DNA of 39,952 bases from Methylacidiphilum sp. (GTDB taxonomy: Bacteria > Verrucomicrobiota > Verrucomicrobiia > CAIQCK01), in NCBI GenBank assembly GCA_020718125.1, contig DYDC01000002.1, positions 1 to 39,952 of the forward strand, given 5' to 3'. A program made the position numbers and the translations under genes. Each line of letters starts with the position of its first letter. Position 1 is the stretch's first letter. Below are positions 8,698-17,108 of the stretch, in pieces. Under the pieces are notes generated by a model. That model was given only the letters and a program-made list of their open reading frames with translations, did no database searches and was not told the origin of the DNA.

Positions 8698-9461
8698 GAT
8701 TCCAGTGATGGCAGGAAAGCGTCGGCACGGCGGACCTTCACGTCATACACCGAGGCCAGCAGGCGTTCATCAAGCACGTCGGCCGACATCCCGTCATGCA
8801 CGATCCGGCCGGCTTTGAGCAGCACCACCCGCTTGCAGCTCAACGCGGCGAGGTTCAGGTCGTGGACGGCGGCGACAACGGTCGTGCCGCGTTCCTGGTT
8901 GAGATGGCGCAGGAGGCGCATGATCTGGGCCTGGTATTTGATGTCGAGCATCGCCGTCGGCTCGTCCAGCAGCAGAACCTCCGGCGTCTGGGCCAGCGCG
9001 GAAGCAATCATGGCCCGCTGCCGCTCGCCGCCGCTGATCTCGTTGAAGGTGCGGTCGCGGAACTGAAGCGTGTCGGTCCGCAACATCGCCTCGCGCGCAA
9101 TCTCGATGTCCCGCGCCGTCTCGAACTCGAACGGGCCGAGGAATGGGTGCCGGCCCATCAGCACCCGTTCAGCGACCGTGAACCCGAACGTCTCTGGCGC
9201 TTCTTGCGGCACGACCGCGATGGCGCGGGCGATGGCGCGCTGCGGCAGTGTGCGCAAGTCGTGGCCGTTGAGGTGCACTTCGCCGCTGCGGGGATGCAGG
9301 TAAGCGTAGAGCAGCCTCAACAGCGTGGACTTGCCGGAGCCGTTCGGGCCGAGCAGGCCCACGAACTCGCCCGGCTGGATCGCGAGGTTGACGCCGCGGA
9401 TCACTTCGCGCTCATCGTAGGCAAAGGATAGACCGCGTGTTTCAAGGATCGGGGCGCTCAT
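8694..9461 (-). CDS. btuD: ABC transporter ATP-binding protein (BtuD/FecE-like)
   Basis: 255 aa. Walker A GPNGSGKST, signature SGGERQRA, Walker B LLLDEPT, H-loop AVHDLN. Confidence 0.85.
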   Translation of the reverse strand: MSAPILETRGLSFAYDEREVIRGVNLAIQPGEFVGLLGPNGSGKSTLLRLLYAYLHPRSGEVHLNGHDLRTLPQRAIARAIAVVPQEAPETFGFTVAERVLMGRHPFLGPFEFETARDIEIAREAMLRTDTLQFRDRTFNEISGGERQRAMIASALAQTPEVLLLDEPTAMLDIKYQAQIMRLLRHLNQERGTTVVAAVHDLNLAALSCKRVVLLKAGRIVHDGMSADVLDERLLASVYDVKVRRADAFLPSLES

Positions 9462-10309
9462 TGAAGGAGTTTGGCCAGGCCACGGACGGTGTCGCCGATG
9501 CGCGGGCCGGGAATCAGCGCGTGGTCGGAGAGCAGCACGCCCACGTGCCCTGCGGCGACAGCGGGCAGGCTGGAGAACCTGGCCCAGTCTTGTTTGCGGC
9601 GCGCGATGGCCTCCGATGACATGTCGTTGGTCATGCCTTCGCCCATCAACTCGACGATCGCGGCGGGTTTGCGGGCAAGGACGGTCTCAAGGCTGATCTG
9701 GGGCCAGGATTGGTTGACATCGGCCAGCACGTTGGTGCCGCCGGCGATGTTGATGAGGTCGTTGAGAAACCCGCGCGCGCCGACGGTCAGCATGCCTTGG
9801 AAACCGCCCAGCGGCCGGCCGATGACCAGCAATGTCCGCTGCGGAGGCCGGCCGGATGTTTGGGCGCGGACGGCGTCGAGTTCGGCGCGGATGCGGGCCA
9901 CAGCCTCCCGGGCGGCATCAGCGCGGCCGGTGACCTCGCCGAGCTTCTTCATGGCCGCCAGAATTTCCTCCACGGTGTCGGTCTTGAGGGGCAGGGTCGG
10001 CAGACCGGTGCCGCGGCATTGTTCCTGGAGGTGGCGGCTGTAGTCGGCCGTGACGATGAGATCGGGCCGGAGCGCGAGCAGCCGCTCAAAACTGAGGTCG
10101 GCGTAGCCGCCGATCTTCTCGCAGCGCGCAGCTTCAGGCGGATAGCGGCAGAATTGCGTAACACCGACGACCTGGCCGCCCGCGCCGATGGCGAACAGCA
10201 TCTCGGTCAGCGAGGGCACGGTGGAGACGATGCGCTGCGGCGGGCCGGCGTGGGCCGCGAGCGCGCCGAGGCATAGCGCGAGCGGGATGGATCGTGCGAA
10301 AGCGATCAT
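9458..10309 (-). CDS. btuF: Periplasmic binding protein, class III (BtuF-like cobalamin/corrinoid binding)
   Basis: 283 aa with a signal peptide (MIAFARSIPLALCLGALAAHA). Periplasmic-binding-protein type 2 layout: RIVSTVPSLTEMLFAIGAG, VVGVT, LRPDLIV. Confidence 0.75.
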   Translation of the reverse strand: MIAFARSIPLALCLGALAAHAGPPQRIVSTVPSLTEMLFAIGAGGQVVGVTQFCRYPPEAARCEKIGGYADLSFERLLALRPDLIVTADYSRHLQEQCRGTGLPTLPLKTDTVEEILAAMKKLGEVTGRADAAREAVARIRAELDAVRAQTSGRPPQRTLLVIGRPLGGFQGMLTVGARGFLNDLINIAGGTNVLADVNQSWPQISLETVLARKPAAIVELMGEGMTNDMSSEAIARRKQDWARFSSLPAVAAGHVGVLLSDHALIPGPRIGDTVRGLAKLLQ

Positions 10310-10313
10310 GGTG

Positions 10314-10862
10314 TCACGGCAACTTTCCCTTCAACACCATCGGCAGGCCTGCCGCCATGAACACAACCGTGTCGGCGATGGCGGCGATCTGCTGGTTCAG
10401 GCGGCCTTGTTCGTCGCGAAAGCGGCGGGCGAGTTCGTTCTCTGGGACGATGCCAAGGCCGACTTCGTTGGAGACGGCGATGATGTGCGCGGGCCGTTTG
10501 GCCAGCGCGTCGAGCAACGATTGGGCGCGGGCCGGCTCGAAGCGCGACGGCTGGCTGTGGTGCGGCGCGAGCAGGTTGCCCAGCCACACGGTGAGGCAGT
10601 CAATCAGCACGACATCGAACTCCAGGCCGCGCTGGACGAGCACGCGGGCCGGATCGTGGGCCTCCTCGATGGTGGTCCAGTCCGGCCCGCGCGCCATGCG
10701 GTGCTGTGCGATACGCTCCCGCATTTCGTCGTCAAGAGCTTCCGCAGTGGCGAGGAACAGCTTGCGCCGGCCGAGCCGCGCCGCGAACTGTAGCGCCAGG
10801 GTGCTCTTGCCGCTGCGGCAGCCGCCGAGGATGAGGATGCGTTGGTGCGGCGTGGTGGCCAT
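10314..10862 (-). CDS. cobU: Bifunctional adenosylcobinamide kinase / adenosylcobinamide-phosphate guanylyltransferase
   Basis: ORF 10314..11039. The likely start is MATTPHQRILILGGCRSGKS at 10862 (P-loop GGxRSGKS). Downstream motifs: LIDCLTVWLGN, VSNEVGLGIVPEN, FRDEQGRLNQ. Confidence 0.9.
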   Translation of the reverse strand: MATTPHQRILILGGCRSGKSTLALQFAARLGRRKLFLATAEALDDEMRERIAQHRMARGPDWTTIEEAHDPARVLVQRGLEFDVVLIDCLTVWLGNLLAPHHSQPSRFEPARAQSLLDALAKRPAHIIAVSNEVGLGIVPENELARRFRDEQGRLNQQIAAIADTVVFMAAGLPMVLKGKLP

Positions 10863-10864
10863 GG

Positions 10865-11401
10865 TCAGAACTTTACACCGACGCCGCCCTGCACGGCGAG
10901 TCCCGGCGCGGGATTGTAGGCCCGCCACCATGTCGGGTCGGTCCAGCCCGGATAGTGTGTGGTGGGGTAGTTCTCGTAGAGGCTGTCGAGGACGTTGTTC
11001 ACGGCAAGAAAGACGCGGGCGTGTTTGCAGGGCGTCCACGTCAGCTTGGTGTTGACGACGGTGTATTGGTTCCGACCGAAGTCGTTTCGCAGGTCATTGG
11101 TGGGGACTTGCTCGGCCGCGTGGAGGACTTCCCACGACCATGAGAGCCACTTGACCGGCATCCAAATGAGTCCGCCGCTGATCATGTGCTGGGGCACCTG
11201 CGGTATCTGGTTGCCGTCGTAGTCGCCGCCGTCAAAGCGCGAGTCTTGCAGCGTGTAGTTGAGATTCAGGTTGAGCCATTTCATCGGCGAGGAGTGCAGG
11301 CCCAACTCAATGCCGTTGCGGGTCTCATCGAAGTTTTGGTTCTGCGGCCACGGGTCGGCGAACGGGTCGAGCTGGATGTCGTCCTTCATTTGCATATTCA
11401 A
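10865..11401 (-). pseudogene. C-terminal beta-barrel remnant (178 aa) of a TonB-dependent receptor, probably the ancestral btuB-like gene
   Basis: The ORF ends in the typical TBDR C-terminus (..RVFLAVNNVLDSLYEN....GLAVQGGVGVKF, terminal Phe) but has no plug or N-terminal barrel. An in-frame TGA lies immediately upstream of its TTG. Its stop is 2 nt from the cobU start, which indicates native coupling. Confidence 0.7.
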
Positions 11402-11443
11402 TCACGGGGGCAGTATTCACTCTTTCAGATCATCGAAACTCAG

Positions 11444-14400
11444 CTATCGTTTCTTGAAGCCAAGCATTACCAGCCCGACTACCAGAAGGAACCCCAGGAC
11501 GAATAGCCATGGAATAGGGGCTGAAGATGCTGCGCTGCTTGGTGCGCCGGCTTCCTGCATTTCGAATCCTTCTACGGACTTGATCTCCGCCGTGACCTTA
11601 TCCGCGCCCTTTTCGTCAGGAGCGCGACTCTTTGACTCTTGGCTGTTTTGGGTAATAGACTTCGCCGGGTCTCCCGATTGTTGCTGCCGTGCCGGGGGTT
11701 GTTGGCCCTGTTCCGGTTTCTTTATGGTGTTCAAGGCCTTCATGAACCCCTGTTCGAGGGGGCGCAGGCCAGGGACGGACAGGAGCGTGCTGGCAGTGAA
11801 GCTGGTGAGCTGGGGGTTGTTGCAGGTGTGGTCGCAGCAGGCCAGCCCCTCGTTCTGGACGCTTTTGGCATACTCTTCCGCCAGGGCCTCCACTACCTTT
11901 TTATCCGGTTTCCAGTATTCCTTGCGTACCGTCTCCAGCATCCGCGCCACCACCGACTGGTAGGCCCACATATTTTTTGATTGCCGGAACAGCTCCTTGA
12001 TACCCAGGCCGTTTCTGTCCTGCACATAGGTTTCGTACATCTCCTGCCACTTGGCGGCATCCACCGCCTCCGGCACGGTGACCTGCCAGCCCCACAGATG
12101 TTCCGTCACCTTGTCCACGAAGCGCGCCCCGGCATAGCCTTCCTTCATCATCGCCTTGATCCATTCAGGATTCAGATAGCGGGAGCGCATTTCCCGGCCC
12201 ATAACCTTTTCCAAGGTCTCCTGTTTGGGCTGGGTGGGGTTGCTCATGTTGGTGACGTAAACCTCGGGGCTCTTGCCGTCCACGGCGCGGATCGCCATGG
12301 CGGTGCCTCCCAGATACTGGAAGAAATCGTCGTTATCCAGCGTTGCGAAGACATTGGAGGAGCGGCTGTGGATGGCGATCTTGCTACCGGACAGGGCGCT
12401 CTTCAGCAGGGTTTCCCCCAGCTTCTCCCGGCCATGTTCGCCGCTGTCCCCCCAGAACCCCTGGCCGTAGAGGTGGCTCATCCGCATGAAATAGACATCT
12501 GCCACCTGTTGTTCGTTGTCCCAACTGTTGGATGCGACGATCACCTTGTCCAAGTTGGGGCCATAGGCCCCGGAGGGCGTGGTGAATATGCGCACCGTGG
12601 CCAGCCGCCGGGCCTTCTCTTCCGGCATCCCTTTTTCCATCAACATCTTTTGGGTTCTTATGACATTGGTCCGCAGCAGGTTGTCCTCATCAGGCTGGTC
12701 CCGCGCCACGGTCACCGCCTGATCCAAAAGTGCCATCAGATTGGCAAACAGGTCGCGATAGAGGCTGGAGGGAACCATGGTGACGTCAATCCGTCCGCGC
12801 CCCAGCTCCTGCCGCGGGATCGCCTCGACCCCCTTGACGCGGCCCCGCTCGTCCCACTGGGGGCGCACCCCCATCAGATGCATGATCTGCGATTCCATCA
12901 CGCCTTCGTGACGGATGGTTTCAGTGGCCCAGATGTTGAAGGTCAGTTTGTCGGGGTAACTGCCGTGGCGCTTCCGGTATCCGTCAATCAACTCCTGGGC
13001 CAGTTTTGAGCCGGTGGCATAGGTGGCCGGAGAGGGCACCCTGGTGGGATCGAAAGCGTAGAAGTTCTTGCCGGTGGGAAGCGACTCCGGCGCACGGATC
13101 GGGTCGTTGCCCGGCCCGGAGGGGATATACCGTCCCGCCAGGGCCGTGACAAGGGAATCAAGCTCCCGCCGTCCGCTCTCGAGAATGGCCGCTTCAAGCG
13201 CAGCAATCCGTTTCTGCCGCTCTTCGGGTGTAAGCTTCTTCTCAATGGTCACAATCGCCTCGGCCGTGCTTCTCAGGTATGTCCCTTCCGGCGCCTTGCC
13301 GAAGGTATGCAGGCCGAACGGCGTGGTCTTTTCCCCAATATCCCTGATGTAGTCGTCCAGTTCCTCCACCTGTTCAGGAGTTGTGATGCCGGACAGCTTC
13401 AGGTCGGTCAGCAGTCCCCCCTTGCGGGCCAGCCTGTTGATCTCCTCCAGCTTGGCGCTTGCCAGTTGGGGCGATTTTTCCCGTGCGCTGTTGTGGTCGC
13501 CGATCAGCGCGGCCATCTCCTTCAACTCCCGGTTCATGCCGGCTTTGTCAAAGGGGGGCGTCATGTGGTCGATCACCACCCCCATGCCGCGGCGTTTGGC
13601 TTGGAGCCCTTCACCCACGTCATCCACGATGTAGGGGTAAATGTTGGGCAGCTCCTGAATCAGCAGCTCCGGCGGGTCTTCACGGGTAAAGCCCACCTCC
13701 TTGCCGGAGAGCCATTCATGGGTGCCGTGGGTGCCTATATGGGCCACGGCATCGGCCTTGAAGCCGCGCTTGAGCCAGAGATAGAACGCAACATACTGAT
13801 GGTGAGGGGCGATGGTGATGTCATGGTAGAGCTTCTTGACATCCTGTTCCCAGCCCCGCGACGGCTGCGGGGTGAAGAGGATGTTTCCGTATCGCACTGC
13901 GGGGATCACCAGGAACTTTTTCCCGTTCAGGTCATGCCAAGTCATGATGGAGGCGGTATCCGGCTCGCCCCAGTTTTTCACCACTGCCTTGCGGAAGCTC
14001 TCCGGCAGTTCCATGAACCAACTCTTATAGTCCGCCAGCGGGATCAGCACGGCCTGGCCGCTGTGGGCTAGCCGGTCTATCTCCGCCGGGGCCCAATTAC
14101 CGATATTGCGGCCATAGGTATGCAGATCCTCAAACAGACGGTCTTTGGCAAGGTCGGCGCTGCCGATGTCATAGCCTTCAGCCTTCAGCCTGGTGATGAT
14201 CTCATGGAGGCTTTCCGGCAGGACATTCAGATAGGCGGCGCCGATGTTCTGTTTTCCCGGCGGGTAGTTGTAGTAGATGAGGGCGACCTGTTTCGTGCTG
14301 TTCGGCTTCTGTTGCAGGGCCAGCCAGCGTGTAACCCGCGCCGTCAGCCGTTCGATCCGTTCCGGGATCGGGCGGGTCTCGACATATTCAAGGCCGGTGG

Positions 14401-15445
14401 CGCGGTCAACGGCCCGCTCCTTTGTCGCCACCACCGTCGGCTGGATGATCCCGGCCAGTTCCGGCAGGCCGATGGATGAGCTACGCTCGAAGATGTCCAG
14501 CCCGACCGGGGATTTTTCCCATTCCTCACGGGACTGGGAGCGCAGGGTAACGGCGTCAATCACCGGCACCCCCAGGCGGCTCAAGACCGGTATGGCCCGT
14601 TGGGGCGTGATCCCCACCTTGAGCGATACGCCGATCACCGCCTGCACCCTGCTGGCGCCGTTTTCATCAAAGAAATACTGCTCCACCGCCCGTTCCGAGG
14701 GGTAGCCGAAGACCGGCAGCACATTCATCTCCTGCCGCTCCAGCGCATCAATCAGGCTGTCGAGCAGGTCGGTTTCACCGTTGTCCATCATGGTCTTGTA
14801 AAAGGGGATGCCGATCCAGGGACCGGGCCGTTGGCGATAGAGACGACGGTAGTCGGCAAAGTCGGTCACGGTGCGGCGACCTTCCTTCAGGTAGATGCCG
14901 AACTGGGGGATCGCCGCCGGTTCCCGGTATGTCACCGCCAGACCGCAGTCCCGTTTCAGCAGATACAGGATCATGTTGACCGTATTCTCCAGCCCCCCCT
15001 CCTGCTGATAGCGGGCAACCGTGCGGTCATTCTGCAGTCCCAGAGCACGGTCATTCTGGCCGTACGCCCCCCCCACGGCATAGACCTTCATCCCGGCCTG
15101 CTGCATGCTAGTAATGGATGGTTTCAGCAACTCCAGCATCCGGCGATCCATGATATGGACAATGCCGAACCCTATTGCCCCGGCCGGTTGCCCTGTTTGA
15201 GCGGCGGCCTCCCGGCAGAGTCCCGCCTTGGTAACCACCTCAAAGTTGATTCGACGGACCAGTTCGGGATACTTCGTCCTGATGCTATGGACCGCCTGCA
15301 CCGCCTGGCGGGTGTTGAAATCCCCCGGCATCAGACAAACTCGCACCGGCCCTTCGGCGGCCTGGGCAGCAAACGGCAACGCCAGCGTTAGAACCATACC
15401 GGACAGGACGCGCAGCAGCCCAGTTCCAATACTATTCCGGCACAT
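11444..15445 (-). CDS. CobN/Mg-chelatase-family large subunit homolog with N-terminal signal peptide and C-terminal membrane anchor (HmuS-like)
   Basis: 1333 aa. CobN-family blocks: VALIYYNYPPGKQNIGAAYLNV, HIGTHGTHEWLSGKEVG, IPSGPGNDPIR, PTGKNFYAFDP. N-terminus MCRNSIGTGLLRVLSGMVLTLALPFAAQA/AEG. C-terminus is a low-complexity linker, then IPWLFVLGFLLVVGLVMLGF-KKR. Confidence 0.9.
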   Translation of the reverse strand: MCRNSIGTGLLRVLSGMVLTLALPFAAQAAEGPVRVCLMPGDFNTRQAVQAVHSIRTKYPELVRRINFEVVTKAGLCREAAAQTGQPAGAIGFGIVHIMDRRMLELLKPSITSMQQAGMKVYAVGGAYGQNDRALGLQNDRTVARYQQEGGLENTVNMILYLLKRDCGLAVTYREPAAIPQFGIYLKEGRRTVTDFADYRRLYRQRPGPWIGIPFYKTMMDNGETDLLDSLIDALERQEMNVLPVFGYPSERAVEQYFFDENGASRVQAVIGVSLKVGITPQRAIPVLSRLGVPVIDAVTLRSQSREEWEKSPVGLDIFERSSSIGLPELAGIIQPTVVATKERAVDRATGLEYVETRPIPERIERLTARVTRWLALQQKPNSTKQVALIYYNYPPGKQNIGAAYLNVLPESLHEIITRLKAEGYDIGSADLAKDRLFEDLHTYGRNIGNWAPAEIDRLAHSGQAVLIPLADYKSWFMELPESFRKAVVKNWGEPDTASIMTWHDLNGKKFLVIPAVRYGNILFTPQPSRGWEQDVKKLYHDITIAPHHQYVAFYLWLKRGFKADAVAHIGTHGTHEWLSGKEVGFTREDPPELLIQELPNIYPYIVDDVGEGLQAKRRGMGVVIDHMTPPFDKAGMNRELKEMAALIGDHNSAREKSPQLASAKLEEINRLARKGGLLTDLKLSGITTPEQVEELDDYIRDIGEKTTPFGLHTFGKAPEGTYLRSTAEAIVTIEKKLTPEERQKRIAALEAAILESGRRELDSLVTALAGRYIPSGPGNDPIRAPESLPTGKNFYAFDPTRVPSPATYATGSKLAQELIDGYRKRHGSYPDKLTFNIWATETIRHEGVMESQIMHLMGVRPQWDERGRVKGVEAIPRQELGRGRIDVTMVPSSLYRDLFANLMALLDQAVTVARDQPDEDNLLRTNVIRTQKMLMEKGMPEEKARRLATVRIFTTPSGAYGPNLDKVIVASNSWDNEQQVADVYFMRMSHLYGQGFWGDSGEHGREKLGETLLKSALSGSKIAIHSRSSNVFATLDNDDFFQYLGGTAMAIRAVDGKSPEVYVTNMSNPTQPKQETLEKVMGREMRSRYLNPEWIKAMMKEGYAGARFVDKVTEHLWGWQVTVPEAVDAAKWQEMYETYVQDRNGLGIKELFRQSKNMWAYQSVVARMLETVRKEYWKPDKKVVEALAEEYAKSVQNEGLACCDHTCNNPQLTSFTASTLLSVPGLRPLEQGFMKALNTIKKPEQGQQPPARQQQSGDPAKSITQNSQESKSRAPDEKGADKVTAEIKSVEGFEMQEAGAPSSAASSAPIPWLFVLGFLLVVGLVMLGFKKR

Positions 15446-15770
15446 AGACCACCTTCCCGTCCTTGAGCTGGTAGGCGGTGCCCAGCCGCACCCCCTCGCC
15501 GGAAAGCCGTTTGTCCGTCACCTTGCGCACCTTGATCTCCTTCCCCTTCTTGATGATCACCTCGATCTTGCCGTCGGCTGCCTGTTTGGTAATCGTCGTC
15601 TCGGATGTGGGGTCCATCAGGTCCAAAATGTTGTAGGCCATGAACAGGGCGATCATCATGCTGACGATAAAGACCACACTGGCGTCGAACAGGTTGGCCA
15701 CGCCGGAGATTGGGTCCTCCAGCGGTTCGTCGTACTTGTCAAAACGGTTGCGTCGTTTAAGGTGCCTCAT
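15432..15770 (-). CDS. DUF2149-like small bitopic membrane protein (ExbD/TolR-like topology)
   Basis: 112 aa. It has a basic N-terminus, one TM with an embedded Asp (ISGVANLFDASVVFIVSMMIALF), then a soluble beta-rich domain. It overlaps both neighbours by 14 nt. Confidence 0.7.
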   Translation of the reverse strand: MRHLKRRNRFDKYDEPLEDPISGVANLFDASVVFIVSMMIALFMAYNILDLMDPTSETTITKQAADGKIEVIIKKGKEIKVRKVTDKRLSGEGVRLGTAYQLKDGKVVYVPE

Positions 15771-16353
15771 GGTCGCGCTCCTCTTCCGCCGGTTGGGTGG
15801 GACCGCCCAGACGCTGTCGCAGCATCAGTTCGGTCAGGTACTCCATCTCCCGCATGTCGGCCCGGACCCATTTCTCCTTTACCAGCGACATCAGGTAGGC
15901 CGCGATACTGCACGCCAAACCTACAACCACGGTGGTAAAGGCTGTCACCATGCTGCCTGCCATCTTGGGCAGATCCCCTTGAGCAAGTGATGAAAGCGAT
16001 ATGCCCATCGGGATCAGGGTGCCCATTAACCCCAAAGCCGGGCCGACCCGGATCACGAAGCGGATCATGTCCAGCGATTTTACCTGCGCCAGCTCGGTGG
16101 TTTGCAGCAGGCATTCCATGGCGATATCCAGATTGGAGTTCTCCTGCGCATCCGCCAGTGCCGCAGTCAGCACTGTCCGGTAGCGTTCAAGGGGGGTGGA
16201 TATGCCCTGCCGACGTTCCAGCCACTCACGAAGAAATCCGCCAAAGAAGATGGTGACCCATCCCACCAGCAGCACCAGTCCAGCAGCCACCGGAAACAGC
16301 AGCACTGACGAAATCAGGTAAAGAACGGTTTCAAGTCCGGCTAGCAGGTTCAT
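15757..16353 (-). CDS. exbB: MotA/TolQ/ExbB-family proton channel protein
   Basis: 198 aa with three TM segments. Family signature region: IRVGPALGLMGTLIPMGISL....MAGSMVTAFTTVVVGL. Confidence 0.85.
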   Translation of the reverse strand: MNLLAGLETVLYLISSVLLFPVAAGLVLLVGWVTIFFGGFLREWLERRQGISTPLERYRTVLTAALADAQENSNLDIAMECLLQTTELAQVKSLDMIRFVIRVGPALGLMGTLIPMGISLSSLAQGDLPKMAGSMVTAFTTVVVGLACSIAAYLMSLVKEKWVRADMREMEYLTELMLRQRLGGPTQPAEEERDHEAP

Positions 16354-17108
16354 TTGATCTCTCCCTTGTTCCGAAAAAAGCCGATCAGCAGCGCCGCCAT
16401 CAGCAACACCAACAAAATCCCGCCTCCACGGCCGCTTCCGACTGTCGGCTGCAATTCCTTGAGAAATGAGCTGTACATGATTTTAGCCTGTTCAACCTTG
16501 GCCGGCAGAAAGAGGGAGGCGATGAAGTAGATCCCGATGGTGATCATGGCCAGCCCCAGTGAGGGGACTGAACGGCGTGGTGATCCATGTCTGGTAGCCA
16601 GCATCACCAGCAGGGTCATGATGCTGAAAGCGATGCCCAGCACCAGCCCCACGGCCCAAGGAAACAGGGGCAGGTTGTGCAGGGCGGTCCAGGTTGAAAA
16701 AGTCATGGCGGTCAGACAGACCGGGCAGGGGATCAGCAGGGCCAAGGAAGAGCCGGGGGCGGATACCGTCCCCGGTTTCATGATGGTTGCAACCCCCCAC
16801 AGAATCATGCCCAGCGCCATGACTCCATGCAGCCAAGGGCCTCCCCGCAGCAGCGGTTCAACGATCCCCAGCAGCCGGTCAGCAAGAAGGGCGATCAGTT
16901 CAAAGAGCGCCAGATAGAGGCCGAGGGTCAACAGCACCCCTTTTCGGCCAACCTGACCGTATCCCAAGCCTGAACCGACCTTGACGGCAAAGATCCCCAG
17001 GCTGAATAGGGCACCGACAGTCCAGAACATGATATTCAGGTCCTGCCATGAAATCCCCTGTGGGGGAATGGCCGACATTGGATCCAATGCTATCATACTA
17101 TTTACCAT
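16350..17108 (-). CDS. DUF2162-like polytopic membrane protein (predicted transporter) with intramembrane CPVC motif
   Basis: 252 aa with about 6-7 hydrophobic helices. LIPCPVCLTAM lies in a predicted TM. ATGA overlap with exbB-like and a 7-nt overlap with the TBDR stop. Confidence 0.7.
   Translation of the reverse strand: MVNSMIALDPMSAIPPQGISWQDLNIMFWTVGALFSLGIFAVKVGSGLGYGQVGRKGVLLTLGLYLALFELIALLADRLLGIVEPLLRGGPWLHGVMALGMILWGVATIMKPGTVSAPGSSLALLIPCPVCLTAMTFSTWTALHNLPLFPWAVGLVLGIAFSIMTLLVMLATRHGSPRRSVPSLGLAMITIGIYFIASLFLPAKVEQAKIMYSSFLKELQPTVGSGRGGGILLVLLMAALLIGFFRNKGEIK

Noticed and set aside
6748-9066. 772-aa + strand ORF spanning rfaE2, pduO, btuC and btuD regions
   Set aside because: It is antisense to four well-supported minus-strand genes. 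The translation is extremely Arg/Ala/Pro/His-rich with no recognisable motifs. This is a typical shadow ORF in high-GC DNA.
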